A stretch of 64,000 nt of DNA, the filler included, from Octopus bimaculoides (Eukaryota): NCBI RefSeq assembly GCF_001194135.2. It is 7 parts of 6 records of this genome, joined end to end, with 100 filler letters (N's around TTAATTAATTAA, not from the genome) between each part and the next. Parts side by side here need not be neighbours in the genome. Positions count along the whole stretch, not along the records: positions 11,430 to 43,042 come from NC_068982.1; 6 more parts are not named here. One strand, given 5' to 3'. The notes beneath the pieces were generated by a model. The model worked only from the letters and a program-made list of their open reading frames with translations. It was not told where the DNA came from and searched no databases. Positions 24,595 through 37,920 of this stretch are shown here, one piece after another (the stretch's first letter is position 1; every line of letters begins with the position of its first letter). A program made the position numbers and the translations under genes.

Positions 24595-26007
24595 TGTGTG
24601 TGTGTATGTGTGCATATGTATGTAGCATCTACTTCACTATTCGGGTACATTCTTCTAGTAAATTGTCTTCAGCTTATGAGGTACGGTGTTCCCCTATTAG
24701 AAAAGCATATTATGGTTCCCCTAGATTGCTTTTTTATCTTTTATATGTATTTACCCGAGCAAATAATCTGATTATTAAGGTGCTTTATATCGGTGTTTCG
24801 CGCTCAAAGCGCACCTCAATAAAGGAACACGTCACACCATTCGCTTGAACGGCTGAGTGAATATACTGATAGATCTCACTACCTGTGCTCCAAACACAAA
24901 ACTAAATGAACTGGCAGCAATTTGTAACAGGTCCGAAAATATAAAGATTACTGCGTAATATATTTCACTCTCAACACGAAATTATTTCCCTTTGATCAGA
25001 ATATTAAAATGTTGTAGTATATCACTCTTAATTAATGGGATAATGAATCTCGTAAAGGTATTTACAGATTTAACCCTCTGTGAGAATGCCTCACGCTTGT
25101 TTATCATCAAATAAAATACACTTGATCAAGCGGATGTAGGACTTGCGTGTGTTTTGTTGATTAATAGCCGAAATTCTGTGGAGGTAATATGCAAGACAAC
25201 AAAGGATTTCCTTTCATTTATCGATGAACAATAGAAAGCATAACGTGTTGTATAGGGTCCCTAATATAAACTGTCGTCTCACATTGGATTATACACATTT
25301 TTATCATACATTTCTATGTTTTGTTTCAGCTTAAATCTTGTGTAAAAAAAAACACTTATAAACAAATACATATAATTCGCCATTTATACTATGAAGGTAT
25401 GTCTTCATCACAGAGAACAAACAATGCAAAATTTAAAGTTTCTGAATCCCTAGTCTAAGCCTTCAACACTTCCATAATCAACACCAATTTGTAAAACTGT
25501 CAATTTAAATGTTATTCATTTAGAAAGGAAATTGGGAATAAGATGAAATTTAATTTAAACGAGTAATATTTGTAGGTTATACAGAAATAAACAGAGCTGC
25601 CTGAGAGCCATGAAAATAAAGGCAGAAATAATCGATATTAATTATGGTGACTCGAAGAGATAAATAACTATTCACAAGAATAATACATGACAGTCATTTT
25701 TATTTTGTAATAATTGAACCGCTTTAATATAACTACGTAATTAATAGCTTTGGTTGCAATACATCTAGATTATGTAGAAAGGAAATAAAAGATAAAGAAA
25801 GCAATAATTAACCAACGGTGGGATACACCAATCACACCAAGAAAGCAACTTCATTGTTCAATATTCAATATTCAATACATGATAAAGAAGCTTGAACATT
25901 ATATACAATACCCATATCAGATCTGAGCGACGAATGGATGAACGAGGTTTATGTGATTGGAAGACAGAGTTTGATGACTATATACATTTACACACGAACA
26001 CACACAT

Positions 26008-26050
<43 letters not shown>

Positions 26051-26296
26051 NNNNNNNNNNNNNNNNNNNNNNNNNNNNNNNNNNNNNNNNNNNNNNNNNN
26101 NNNNNNNNNNNNNNNNNNNNNNNNNNNNNNNNNNNNNNNNNNNNNNNNNNNNNNNNNNNNNNNNNNNNNNNNNNNNNNNNNNNNNNNNNNNNNNNNNNNN
26201 NNNNNNNNNNNNNNNNNNNNNNNNNNNNNNNNNNNNNNNNNNNNNNNNNNNNNNNNNNNNNNNNNNNNNNNNNNNNNNNNNNNNNNNNNNNNNNNN

Positions 26297-26370
26297 AAGA
26301 AGAAGAAGAAGAAGAAGAAGAAGAAGAAGAAGAAGAAGAAGAAGAAGAAGAAGAAGAAGAAGAAGAAGAA
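26297..26370. repeat. (GAA)n microsatellite
   Basis: Pure GAA run adjoining a gap. Confidence 0.95.
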
Positions 26371-26565
26371 ATAAAATGGAGATTGGGAACTTAATTGTTT
26401 ATTACTAACAGAAAATTGGTCGTCTTCAATTACAACCGTTTGAATTAATACTCGATGAAACTTATGTTTATTGAGCATAAATTGAAACAGCTGTAAGTGA
26501 AGGTGTCCAATTTGCTGTTAATAATAAGCAATTTTTAACTTCCCAATCTCTATTTTTGTTTCTTC
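26366..26565. repeat. Diverged foldback element with hammerhead-like motif
   Basis: 26366-26456 is approximately the reverse complement of 26470-26565; GAAAC-agct-GT-A-AGTG at 26484-26499. Confidence 0.65.
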
Positions 26566-26711
26566 TTTTAAATGAATATAAACTATATCTCTTTATATGC
26601 ACCTTTTTATTTTAAGGAAATTCATTTCCCCCAAAATACTACGTGTTGAACCAGTATTTCCTTGGTTGAAACCATCCCTCCATGAGGCTTGCAGATCCAC
26701 TAATTAAATCC

Positions 26712-26762
<51 letters not shown>

Positions 26763-27032
26763 GTATAGTGAAAGTGTACACAACTCTCGGTAAACAGCGG
26801 TAGTTGAAGGTCATTATAAATAGACCAGTAGGTCGAGAGACTGTGTTAATAGTCGTCATGTCTGTGCTAATATAGTAATCATACTGTGGTACTGAGTGGA
26901 CGTTAAGGATAATAACACTCTACGACCGGGGGTCGTACAGTGCCAGATAAAAACTTCGGAATATAACAATATCTGTCAGGGAGACAACCGTCGACGAAAG
27001 ACAGATACCAAAGTGGCAAAGACCGCTTTACC

Positions 27033-27110
<78 letters not shown>

Positions 27111-29704
27111 TGTATGATGTATGTATGTAATTAAAATCGTGAACGACTGTGTACGGAACTGCTCCAGTTGAAGAGTTTGCTTATAAATGCAGTCAAATAA
27201 CACTCACGCGCTTACTGGTTTAATTTATAGGTAACTGTTTATAGAAGTAAAGGAAAACGTCATGATAATAATAACTGGAAAATATTGAATAGCAATATTT
27301 AAAAAATCACTGCGTTTCATTCAAAATTATCTTTAATTTTGACGTAAAAAGGCGGACTTATTTATAGTTTTGTTACGAGATTTGTCTGCACAAGGTATTC
27401 ATTTTATGGAAAACAACTCCAGCGTGGTGTACGCCGAACTCAATGGGTGCATATCTGAATTTACAATCCACTACTTCTTACATGTATAAGTTATGAATTT
27501 ATTCTCTTTAATAATTCAACTTTCGCTGTATGAAATAAATGCTCAGACGAGAATCCTCTGCCTGGTAATTGAAAATATGTGTACAATCTCTGTCATGCCA
27601 TACCCTATCCACCAAAAACACAAAACGACGAATACAATGGAACATAAGTTTCTAGATATAATGCCTGAAACACAAACAGCATAATGACGGTTAGGATGGC
27701 TTTACATATGTGTTTGCTTCTACAGAGTTTCTTTGGATTTAAATAACATTAACATGAATTAGACAACCAGCGCATCATTGAAGAAGATATAGATTTTTTT
27801 AAGAATCTACTTTGGTAAAGGACAGTATCCAGAAATATATTTCACAACGCTTCAGTAGAATCGGCGCTTAAATATTCCCCGAGTCATGTACCTACATGGG
27901 TCTCGTTCGGTTAAAACTGGATGTTGATCCAACAGATAGAGCCAGTACAGCCTTGCAGATGGTCAAATACGTTTTAGGAAGACATTTCATCATTCACAAG
28001 GCTGCACTGTCGCTGTCTACATCAACATTAGAGCCTTTATGGATTTTATGAAAGTGAATTCATTTCAAAAGTACAGCAAGGTCTTTTACAATTCTATTTT
28101 TTAAAAATCTACTCTTATTTATTTCCTTTAAACACCACTGTTCGCATTATTGCGGTCATTAAATTGCAAAACAGGGAGTGAGTATTGTGTATCTGCATCC
28201 TTGCACCTTCGCACGTTAGGTTCGTTTGCACTTATGTCTTTGTGGTTGCTGAAGTTACAATATAACGGATTTAGAACAGTATTTCAAGGTTTTTAGGTAA
28301 GAAATAACACTGTGTGTGTGTGTCTCCATGTCTATGTTTAAGCTCCCACCAGTCTAAAGAAAGATGTATTTATGTTCCGTCACCTGGTGTCTCGATAATT
28401 AAATAACGATAAAGTATATGCCGTGTCGAAGGAGCTACTCACTTTTTATTGTGCCGAATCTAAAATGGAACTATTTTCTCGACAACTATGAACCATGAAT
28501 TATTATAAGTATTAATGATGTCATTGCACATTTTTTTGTGCTTTATATGAGGATTGGATTGGCAAAATCTGTAGTTACTTTCGCTACATAAGATTTTCTC
28601 AAATGGTAATAGCTTAATAAGTATGAGATGACATCGAACTTGTTTAAAACAGCCATAAAAGGCAATACAGAAACCTGCATGAAAAACCTATGATTTATAT
28701 GCAATACGAGTCGACAAGGAAACCTTTATCCTCTCAAATGGCCTGCATGAATTAGCAACCAAATTTCATACGAACCACATTATACCAACTTAAAGAAATA
28801 TCTATTCCCAAATTAGGTATTCTGGACTATATTAACCAATGTGATTTTTTTTTTCATATTGAAGTCGCTATGGTGTGATTTTTTGAAAATAGAACTTTCG
28901 TTTCTATTAGGTCGAGAGACATGTTATAGTATTTTTATTGAATCGTGTTATAGGTGTTTATTATCATGGTAAAAAGATAACAAAAATAACTTGTTTGACC
29001 ATACAAAGTAATTCTTGAAATAATTAAACGTTATAAATACTTCTAACATTATAAACACATATTTCAACGATGTTGCAAGCATTTTCTTCGAATTGATTAT
29101 CATTTCAAAGGTTTCATCTAGAAAGTGTCTTTGAATTAGACGCTACTGCATTGTCAAGTAAGTATCATAAGCAATACAACAGTCGACAGGAAATTATCAA
29201 GAACAAACGATTGGTTAAATGTCAAGGAATTATTTATAACACTAGAAATTTGAAGAAGTAATTTGTCAATAGTCAAACCCATATAGCAGCAATCATTTTC
29301 AATGACGTTATCATTGTTATACTGCATGATTTCATCCTGCTCGAAAACTTCACATTGTTCTAGCTTATAGAATGTTAAGTGGGGTTCAGCATGGTAACAA
29401 TAGTCGTCGAATAATACTAAAATGTTATAGGCGACTTACTGGCTGACATTGGCAATGATGTGAATTACATCGAGCAATTCACAATTCTCTTGAAGTTTTA
29501 CTTCGGAAGTGTCTTTTATAAACTATTGCAAACCATCCATCGTTTACTCTTTTCACGCGTACCATTTTCTCGCACCATTTACCCGCAGTCCCATTTGGTT
29601 TGCGTTATGTAATCAGCAGGTGCTAAGACAAGACATCGCAAATGAATTATTTCGGCTTGAAAAATTTTGTTTGAGTAAAGAATGTATAATATAACTGCAC
29701 TCAC

Positions 29705-30090
29705 ATTCGTTCGTTCATTCATTCATTTATTTATTCGGTTCTCATTGTGCCTTCTGGCACTTGAGGTGACAGCAAGATCATTCCACCTTTTAACACTGAA
29801 AGCGTTCTTGAGAGCTTGTTTCATTGCTAACCCCCTGCTTTTAAGATTTTTTGCTATTATTCTCCGCCACATTTCTTTTGGTCACCCACGTCTTTTTTTA
29901 CCTTGTTGAATGCATTGCAAAGCGATCCTGACAATTGAATTCGGTTTATAGCGACAAACTTGACGCAACCATTTCCATCTCCTTGCTTCAATAGTTTCTC
30001 TTAATGGTTTCACGTTAGCTTTGCTGTGTAGTTGGCTAGTCGAGATCATATTCGGCCAGTAGAGCTTATTTAAACCAGAGTTCAACTCCT
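29705..30090 (-). mobile_element. RTE-like LINE 3' remnant
   Basis: Minus strand EARRWKWLRQVCRYKPNSIVRIALQ..QGKKRRG resembles the RTE C-terminus; (GAAT)n-like tail. Confidence 0.65.
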
Positions 30091-32735
30091 ACAGTTAAAG
30101 TAAAGAATATCGAGTAACTTGATCCATGCTGTAAATTTATCTGTAATTTCCTGTATAACTGCAGTTTAAGGGATACTTGTTACTCTATTATTGAATATCG
30201 ACCTGAGTTTGGAAACATTTCTAAAATGCAACTAACAATGCAAGTGGAGTTTAATGTTTTCTCTTAATCGAAAAATTCGTTTAAGAAAATATAGTATGTT
30301 TCACCCTCTGCACAAGTTAGAACAACACTGAGAGAATGCAATGTTTTAACACGAAAGCGGAAAAGAGTATAATGTTAATCATGCTTATGGCATTGTCTTA
30401 TGTAATTGATCGTGACAAATGAAAAGAGGGAAGCTGATTTCGTTGAATAAGTAAAATAGCACGCGAAACTTATTTCAAATACTTTGGAATTACGTAATAC
30501 TTTGAAAGTGGAACCTATACACAAAATGATTTTGCAAAATACATTCAAACTACTACCTTTTTTATTGTTTTGTTGGTATAGAATGTGTAGCCGGTAGTTC
30601 ATTATCTATAATGAAATACAAGGTATGATACATGTACTCAAGAGAGTTATCTAAATTACTTTATTAAATGATAATACAATAAGCAAAAAAAATATCGCAA
30701 TTCCTTAATCTCTCTACATAAATATATTTACGCAAAAAAATATTAATACACACATACACAAACTACTATATGTGAGCTGAACTATATTTCCACAATATCA
30801 ATTACACCGAGTGAGAAAGTAATTGAATCGATACGTTGGATGTTCAAAGCTCTGACTCTTATATGGTTCTGTGCATCGGCTTCTAAATAGCTACAACCGA
30901 TTAGGAAAGATCTTTACGCGGCAGCATTATAGAAATCATGGTTATTTCATATTGAATGAATACTGAGCGTAGTTCATATATAATTCAACATCTTTAATCA
31001 ATAACTAATTGATTCCATTTATTACAAAATGTCACATATTTGATGGCAAGGGTATTGATGAATTAAATTATGGTTATTTCTATAGTTACTACTCAAATTA
31101 AATCTCATGTTTATCATTAATTATTTATTGGTGCGTTATTATTTAAATTCTATACTTTAGTACAGAATATATCTATAGATTTTTCTCCTTACTCTATGGA
31201 ATAAACAGATATAAACCAGTATTCATCGTGAGAAAATAAAGGAGAGATTGAGTAGGAGCAAATTCATTATGTTGGAATTTCATTAGTAACGAAGAAAAGT
31301 TGAAATCGTCCATGGTGTCATTGCTTGCGAACGTTGCTTTATTAACATCTGATTTCTTTACTAGTACATTAACAGTGTATTATTTCAGTACTACCTTACG
31401 TCATAGAATTTGTCTACAGGTAGCAATCTATGAAATATTAAGGTGTAAATATATTTACTTGTAAACAGTATTTTCGTGGACATAAAATGAAGGATGAATC
31501 TAACTAGATTGAATCCCGTTGGAATTCCTTGAACAAACAAATATATTCGTTAACAGACAATTATAATTAAGAGCTTAATTAAATCGTATTGGCCAATTTA
31601 CAAATTTTAGCAACTACTTCAACTAAGTGTAGTAATTATTATAGATGCGGACCACAGTCTAACATTCCTGGAAAATTTCTCCTCAGCTATGTTCTATCAC
31701 TGTTTGTTTTTCAGCTCCTATTTTCAACTGGGGGCGCGACACTTCTTGTCACTTGTATTCCTCTGCACTCTAGAGCTGCTGTCTCTATCCATTGTCAAAC
31801 AGATGATCATCTGCTCAGCCATGGCGTTGTCTACCAGGTTGAACTGCTGTACTCCCACAAGAAATATACTGGTTTATGAAGGTTGACTTCTTTTCGTATA
31901 TCTCCTTTATTTTCTCCACGAAGAATATTCACTTAAATCTGATTGTTTCATACAGTAATGTTAAAACTCTATAGATATATTCTGGGCTATAGAGTGGAAT
32001 TAAAATATTAGTACACCAGTAATTAATATTAAATATGAGATTTAATTTGAGTCGTAACTATAGAAATGATAATTATTTCAGTCATCAGTACTCTTGTCAT
32101 CAGGTAATTAATAATTTATTTAAACTCAGTTTCGATCTCAGCTTGTATTTGATATCTTATAACTGGTTCACTAAGAATAATATAAAAGACAAACTTATAT
32201 CGCTATACAATATACAACATGCGAAATAGTTGAGGATCGTAAATAGGTATTTAGTAAAAATTCGCAGAACTCTTGTCTGAAATTCAATAACGTTGAAATA
32301 ATAATTAATAGTGAAATTAGCAAGAAAGGTTTAATTAATCATTCTCTTTCAGATGGGGTACTCTCTTAATATTTCAGAGATTGGGCATATTTAGTAAATG
32401 GGTATATCCGTTATTAAATATATAAGTATACTAAGTTTCATACATGATAATTAATTTCGGTATGAATGAAAATTCTTCTGAATTCAACGCTGGTCATGCT
32501 TCTCTGAGTCTACTTGCAGGACATTTGCTTACTAACATTATAAAGAATGAGATATGGGATACGATCAATAAATAATGAAGGCTAAGATGTTGCATATTTG
32601 AAATATGCTAAGATATTGGCAATGAAACATTTATATCAATTGCCGTAGAACGAAGGTTATTAATGTTTATTCTGGTATTGTCTAATCAGATAATTATTTA
32701 TGGTGTATTGTAAGTTTATGCTAAACGTAAGTCTA

Positions 32736-33628
32736 CGAGGTCTGATCAAAAGGTATCCGGACTATTAGCATAGTAACAACGCTAAATCTTGCAGAGTAAA
32801 GCCGCTAAGTACAGATTGACCTTAAATTCTGTTGTACATGCGCATTCTAGCATTCTAGCATTCTAGCTCAATTTCGCTGTTTACAGGACTGCATGGAAGT
32901 AAAATGCGTAGCGTGTGATCGACGCATTGACCATGACAGAAACAGTTGTCATTGCGATACCGGCTCAGAGGCCTATGCAAAGTTGCAGAAAGTGTTTGGA
33001 GAGGAGTGTACGAACCGCACACAAGTGTACGGTTGGTTCAGACGTTTCCAAGATGGCCGAAAAATGTTGATTTTGACGAACGTTCTGGGAGACCTGCAAC
33101 CAGTAGAACTGAAAAAGACATTACAAATGTGCGTGCAGCTGTAAGAAGTAATCGTGGAATCACCATCCATGAATTATCAGAGGATGTGCAGATTAGTTAC
33201 GGTTCAGTTCAGTCCATTATCACTGACGATTTGGGTATGAGACGCGTGTCTGCCAAATGTGTGCCGAAACTGCTTTCAGCTGACCAAAATGAGACTTGGG
33301 TTTCAGTTGCACAAGATCTCCTTGATCGTGTCGAGAAGGATGAAAAATGTTTGAAAACTTTGCTTCGGCCTCTGAATAGGCATCGCCGAGCCTTTGACAA
33401 AATTTGATACAAATTCTCTGCTCAACTTACTCTGTCGAGGTCAATGCGACGGTCACACGCTATACACCTTACTTCCAAGTACTGCTGTAAACAGCGGAAG
33501 TAAGAACGTTAAGACCTAGTGCGCATGTACAGCAGATTTCAAGATCAATCTGTGCCTAGTGGCTTTACTCTGCGAGATTTAGCTTCGTTACAATGGCAAC
33601 AGTCCGGGTACTTATTGATCAGACCACG
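32736..33628 (+). mobile_element. Internally deleted mariner with both TIRs and TA TSD (893 bp)
   Basis: TA-CGAGGTCTGATCAAAAGGTATCCGGACT ... AGTCCGGGTACTTATTGATCAGACCACG-TA. HTH region VYGWFRRFQDG / SGRPATSRT..VRSNRGITIHELS..LGMRRVSAKCVPKLL; catalytic domain deleted. Confidence 0.9.
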
Positions 33629-34233
33629 TATGTCACTAACGTAATGAAAGACGAAGCACGTTGCTTGCTTTTCTTGACGATACGAGAATTTTCTATAGAA
33701 CGGAATATATAAAACTGTCGTATATTAGCATTCACATAAAAAATTCAACAGAAGATTTTAGCACAATTACATGTTTGGGGCAAATATTAATCACAGTACA
33801 GTTTTGATTGTTCAGATTTTAAATCTGAATTCGCTTCAGTAGTTTGACTTTACCCATCAACTCAGATGAACTCATATGAACTCGCTTAACAATTCATTGG
33901 TTTCTTGCAACCTTTCGGTTTACCATTGCTATTGTTATATGGTTTCAGCACAAAGAAGAAATAGAATCATACGTTCATTTTATTCATTTCTCTTTAATAT
34001 TTTACTCAAAGTAGCTGACGTAGCATGTGTAGAAAATTAGACTTCCAACTGATTCATGCAACCACACTCACTTTCATACACACACATAAGCACGCACATG
34101 TGTATGCATATATGAGTGTGTGTTCATATATATATAAGCACTCACACACATACACACACACATATATATATATATATATACATATATTCACACACACATA
34201 TATATATTTACATACATATTTTGACACATATAT

Positions 34234-34548
34234 AACATCAATAAATTGTAAATACAACAGACCTGATATAACGATTTGGGATAGAGAAGAGAAACTGTGT
34301 AGAGTTGTGGAGATCAGCTGCCCAGCGGATGTTAACGTAAAGCTGGAGATCAGTGAAAAAGAGAACACCTATGCTGAACTATTGAGAAATCTATTGTTAC
34401 TCTATCCAGATTACAAGTTCAGGTTCATACCTGTAATTACTAGGTCACTGGGATATGTAACACACTGCCTAAATACCAATCTGGAGAAATTAGATTTTGT
34501 AAAAATAGTAAAACTTTCCAGAAGGTTATCATTTAAGTATATAGGCAT
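34234..34548 (+). mobile_element. R4-clade non-LTR 3' fragment encoding a restriction-like endonuclease
   Basis: CKYNRPDITIWDREEKLCRVVEISCPADVNVKLEISEKENTYAEL (PD..(D/E)..EK..Y pattern); same family as 44790-45475. Confidence 0.85.
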
Positions 34549-34607
34549 GCAACTATATGCATAAGGATACATACATAAAACAAAACATACAAATATGCAC
34601 CTATACA

Positions 34608-34638
<31 letters not shown>

Positions 34639-35059
34639 CCTGTTGATGCTGAAATTCCAATGAAGGAGCCTCGGATCTAGGTTAAAAACCGGCTCTTTGT
34701 CTGTTGACAAAACATCTTGAAAGAAGACTAAAACATGACATACATACATACGTATATGAGTGCGTGTGCTTCGAAGTTTTCGCCTAACTCGTAATTCGTC
34801 TCTTCAAAAGAAAGTATTGATCCGTCCCACACTGCTCCTCGCATTACTTTTACTGAGCAAATATCTCGCAAATCTTGCTTTCTTTTTCCTAATGATCTAA
34901 TACATGGCTATATTTTGATCTTTGATGTATTTGTTTGAATTTATGAATATCTTATTGATGGAAGAATGTATGATATATCAAGAATCCAAATTTTGTTGGA
35001 AGTTGAATCTATTATCATTCATTTTTTTTTCTTCTGATTTTGAAAGTTTTGAGAAAATG

Positions 35060-35400
35060 ATTGTCTAAAGTCAAATGCGTTGGGTTGGTCATATGGGCAG
35101 GATGGACGATGTTTGTCTGCCCAAGAGATTGTTTCATGGAACGCTTTCAAATAAAAAGCGGTCAAAACTTAAACCAAAGAAGCTATTTAAATATGTGGCT
35201 GAAGATAATTTGAGGTTTCTGAATATGGGCAATTGGATTTCTTCGCAAAGAACAAAACAGGCCGGCGAACGTAGTGTAGATTTTAAGAAATCCTTGTGAA
35301 AAGAAGCAACCAGAAAGATTACAGAAGATTTCACTTGTGGTTTTTGGATGCAATGTGAGCAACAGAGCATAGATTTGAGCTGGTACCCTTAATCACTAAC
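35060..35400 (+). mobile_element. RTE-like LINE C-terminal remnant
   Basis: MRWVGHMGRMDDVCLPKRLFHGTLSNKKRS..KKLFK resembles the LRW.GHV.RM...LPK..FYG motif. Confidence 0.7.
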
Positions 35401-35769
35401 AGTTGCATGTAATGAGAGAAACACAGGCTGTCTATAATAACTTTTTGCCCACGGAGACGAGATGACTATGTTTGCATATTTGTGGTAAAATTTGTCATTT
35501 TCATAAATGGTCTGACCAGACGCTGTAAATCTCATGACCGACATGATTAGGGCCGCACTATTAATTTTCAGTGTCATCCTTGTGAGAAAACGTGGGGTGG
35601 CGCTTAACAGCCACTTATGAGTCTTCGATCGGGTACTTCTTTGTGACTTTTGAACAGATAGTAACATGTTGAAAAGAAACAGCAATCGCCTTTTATGTAT
35701 AATTACATGTGTATATATTTATCCGATTTGATCTCAGTCTCTTGCAATATCACTTGGGTTTTAATTCTG

Positions 35770-35890
35770 TCGCAGTCGCCTTTGCCAGTCATCCTTTCGG
35801 AGTCGATAAATTAAGTTGCGTACCGGGGTCGATCTAATCGACTGGCTCCCTCACCCCAAAATGTCGGACCTTGTGCTTAGCGTACAAAAG
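35770..35890 (+). mobile_element. SINE family A, 3' fragment
   Basis: CCTTTGCCAGTCATCCTTTCGGAGTCGATAAATTAAG...GGACCTTGTGCTTAG. Confidence 0.65.
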
Positions 35891-36429
35891 GATATCACTT
35901 GTGGTTAAGTGTCGATTTCTTTAAATGTTTACTCACTATGTAAAGAGTAAATATGTTTTATCACTATCTGTATATTAAAAGAGTCATTTCATCAAACAAG
36001 AGGTATATTTCGCTAGAGATATATTTTTAAAACAAATAGTCAGTACTAAAGCGACATGGAAAACGTAGTGTCTCTGTGATTTTTAACGTCATTACAAAAC
36101 AAAATATCCCTATCTGTGGTTAAAATCTAAAAATAACAGACAAGTGTGACTTTTTCAATTAAGTTATTTGATTAAATAGTTGGGAAATATATACACCGCT
36201 CATCACAAATTTATTGGACTAATTTTAGGGTTAATTTGAGCTACTAAGTATAAATATGGCGTCATGTTTATGACTCATTTTCACATAAACGAGACGAGAA
36301 TATTTGAATATTTGTCAAGTTTAGCCTTCTAAGATACTCTTATCTTTACGAAATACAGCAATAGCTGAATCCATATTAGGGATTAGTTCATTTATTTCAT
36401 ATTAAATGCTTTAATTATGAATACGTTTA

Positions 36430-36488
<59 letters not shown>

Positions 36489-36804
36489 AAGCACCAGAAT
36501 ATGTTTATCAAAAATATGTACTAAATTGTAAAACTAAAAATTATGGAAATCGAAACACAAAAGCCTTTGTACGTTTTTATTGCCTTCCGAATGTTTACCG
36601 TTTTATAAAATCAAACTAGAAAACTGGACAAAACAGAGAACACAATTGAAAAAATTAAAAAGAAAAAAGAATATAAATAGAAGAAAGACAAAAAACAAAG
36701 GAGAAAAAGCAAAGAGGAAAAACAAAAAAAGAAAAAGAAAAAAAAACAAACAATTCAGCACCTTGGGTTGAAAAGTTGTGGGCGCTGGAAAACCTTTCTA
36801 ATGG

Positions 36805-37077
36805 ATTATTGAGACACGCCAACACGCTGGCAGCGCTGCCGCGGGTGACGGTGAGGCTGATACGGTGGAACAGCCAAGCGCCCTCACGAGCCTCACCGCG
36901 ATCTGTCGGCCAACTACATTTTCCATGCTGTGGTGTTCGAAACGTTTGGTGGGATCAGACCATTTACTGCGAGATTCCTGTCTTCACTGGGAACTCGCTT
37001 TGCAGAGGTAACTGGTGAGGAAAACACAAACTACTTGATGGAATCTTATGAAACAGTAGTATACAAGACAATACAGT
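36805..37077 (+). mobile_element. RLE-type (CRE/R2-group-like) non-LTR C-terminal fragment
   Basis: From 36900: DLSANYIFHAVVFETFGGIRPFTARFLSSLGTRFAEVTGEENTNYL; upstream frame HAGSAAA. Locally GC-rich. Confidence 0.6.
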
Positions 37078-37529
37078 GACATTGGGCTAATTGAAATACT
37101 AAAATATTATGTAGAGAATTCCTCATCTCTAAAATATTCAGAGAGTAAAATATATCTGTCGATCCGACAAAAACTGCTGTTTACATGATTTTCATTTTTG
37201 CCATTTAACACACCATTCACAATGAAATATCCAGCAGTAGTTTGCCATCGTGTATCTCTTACACCTGCTCTAATATAGCTTACCCTTATACCCTAATGGT
37301 ATTTTCAACAATGTTCCTCATCGAAATCTACAGCAATTCTTAAATATGTCCAAATGGTTATAGAGCAAGTGTGCTTTTATTCTCTTGTCGTCAACATTGA
37401 GCATCTTATCCACCAATTATTCATAAATATCTGTATTCATATTACCTAAGAAGTTCTCAATAACTGAAATATAATTATACCAAGCAGCCACATCAACATG
37501 ATTTCAAAAAACTGGAATATTCGACGAGA

Positions 37530-37920
37530 TTGTTGTTGTTGGCACTCCGTCGCTTACGACGTCGAGGGTTCCAGTTGATCCGATCAACGGAACAGCCTGC
37601 TCGTGAAATTAACGTGCAAGTGGCTGAGCACTCCACACATACACGTGAACCCTCAACGTAGTTCTCGGGGATATTCAGCGTGACACAGTGTGACAAGGCT
37701 GACCCTTTGAATTACAGGCACAACAGAAACAGGAAGTAAGAGTGAGAGAAAGTTGTGGCGAAAGAGTACAGCAGGGTTCGCCACCATCCCCTGCCGGAGC
37801 CTCGTGGTGCTTTAGGTGTTTTCGCTCAATAAACACCCACAACGCCCGGTCTGGGAATCGAAACCGCGATCCTATGACCGCGAGTCCGCTGCCCTACCCA
37901 CTGGGCCATTGCGCCTCCAC
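37530..37920 (-). mobile_element. tRNA-derived SINE, family D, full length with (CAA)n tail
   Basis: Minus-strand head GTGGAGGCGCAATGGCCCAGTGGGTAGGGCAGCGGACTCGCGG..GGTTTCGATTCCC; low apparent decay (many CpG retained). Confidence 0.85.
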
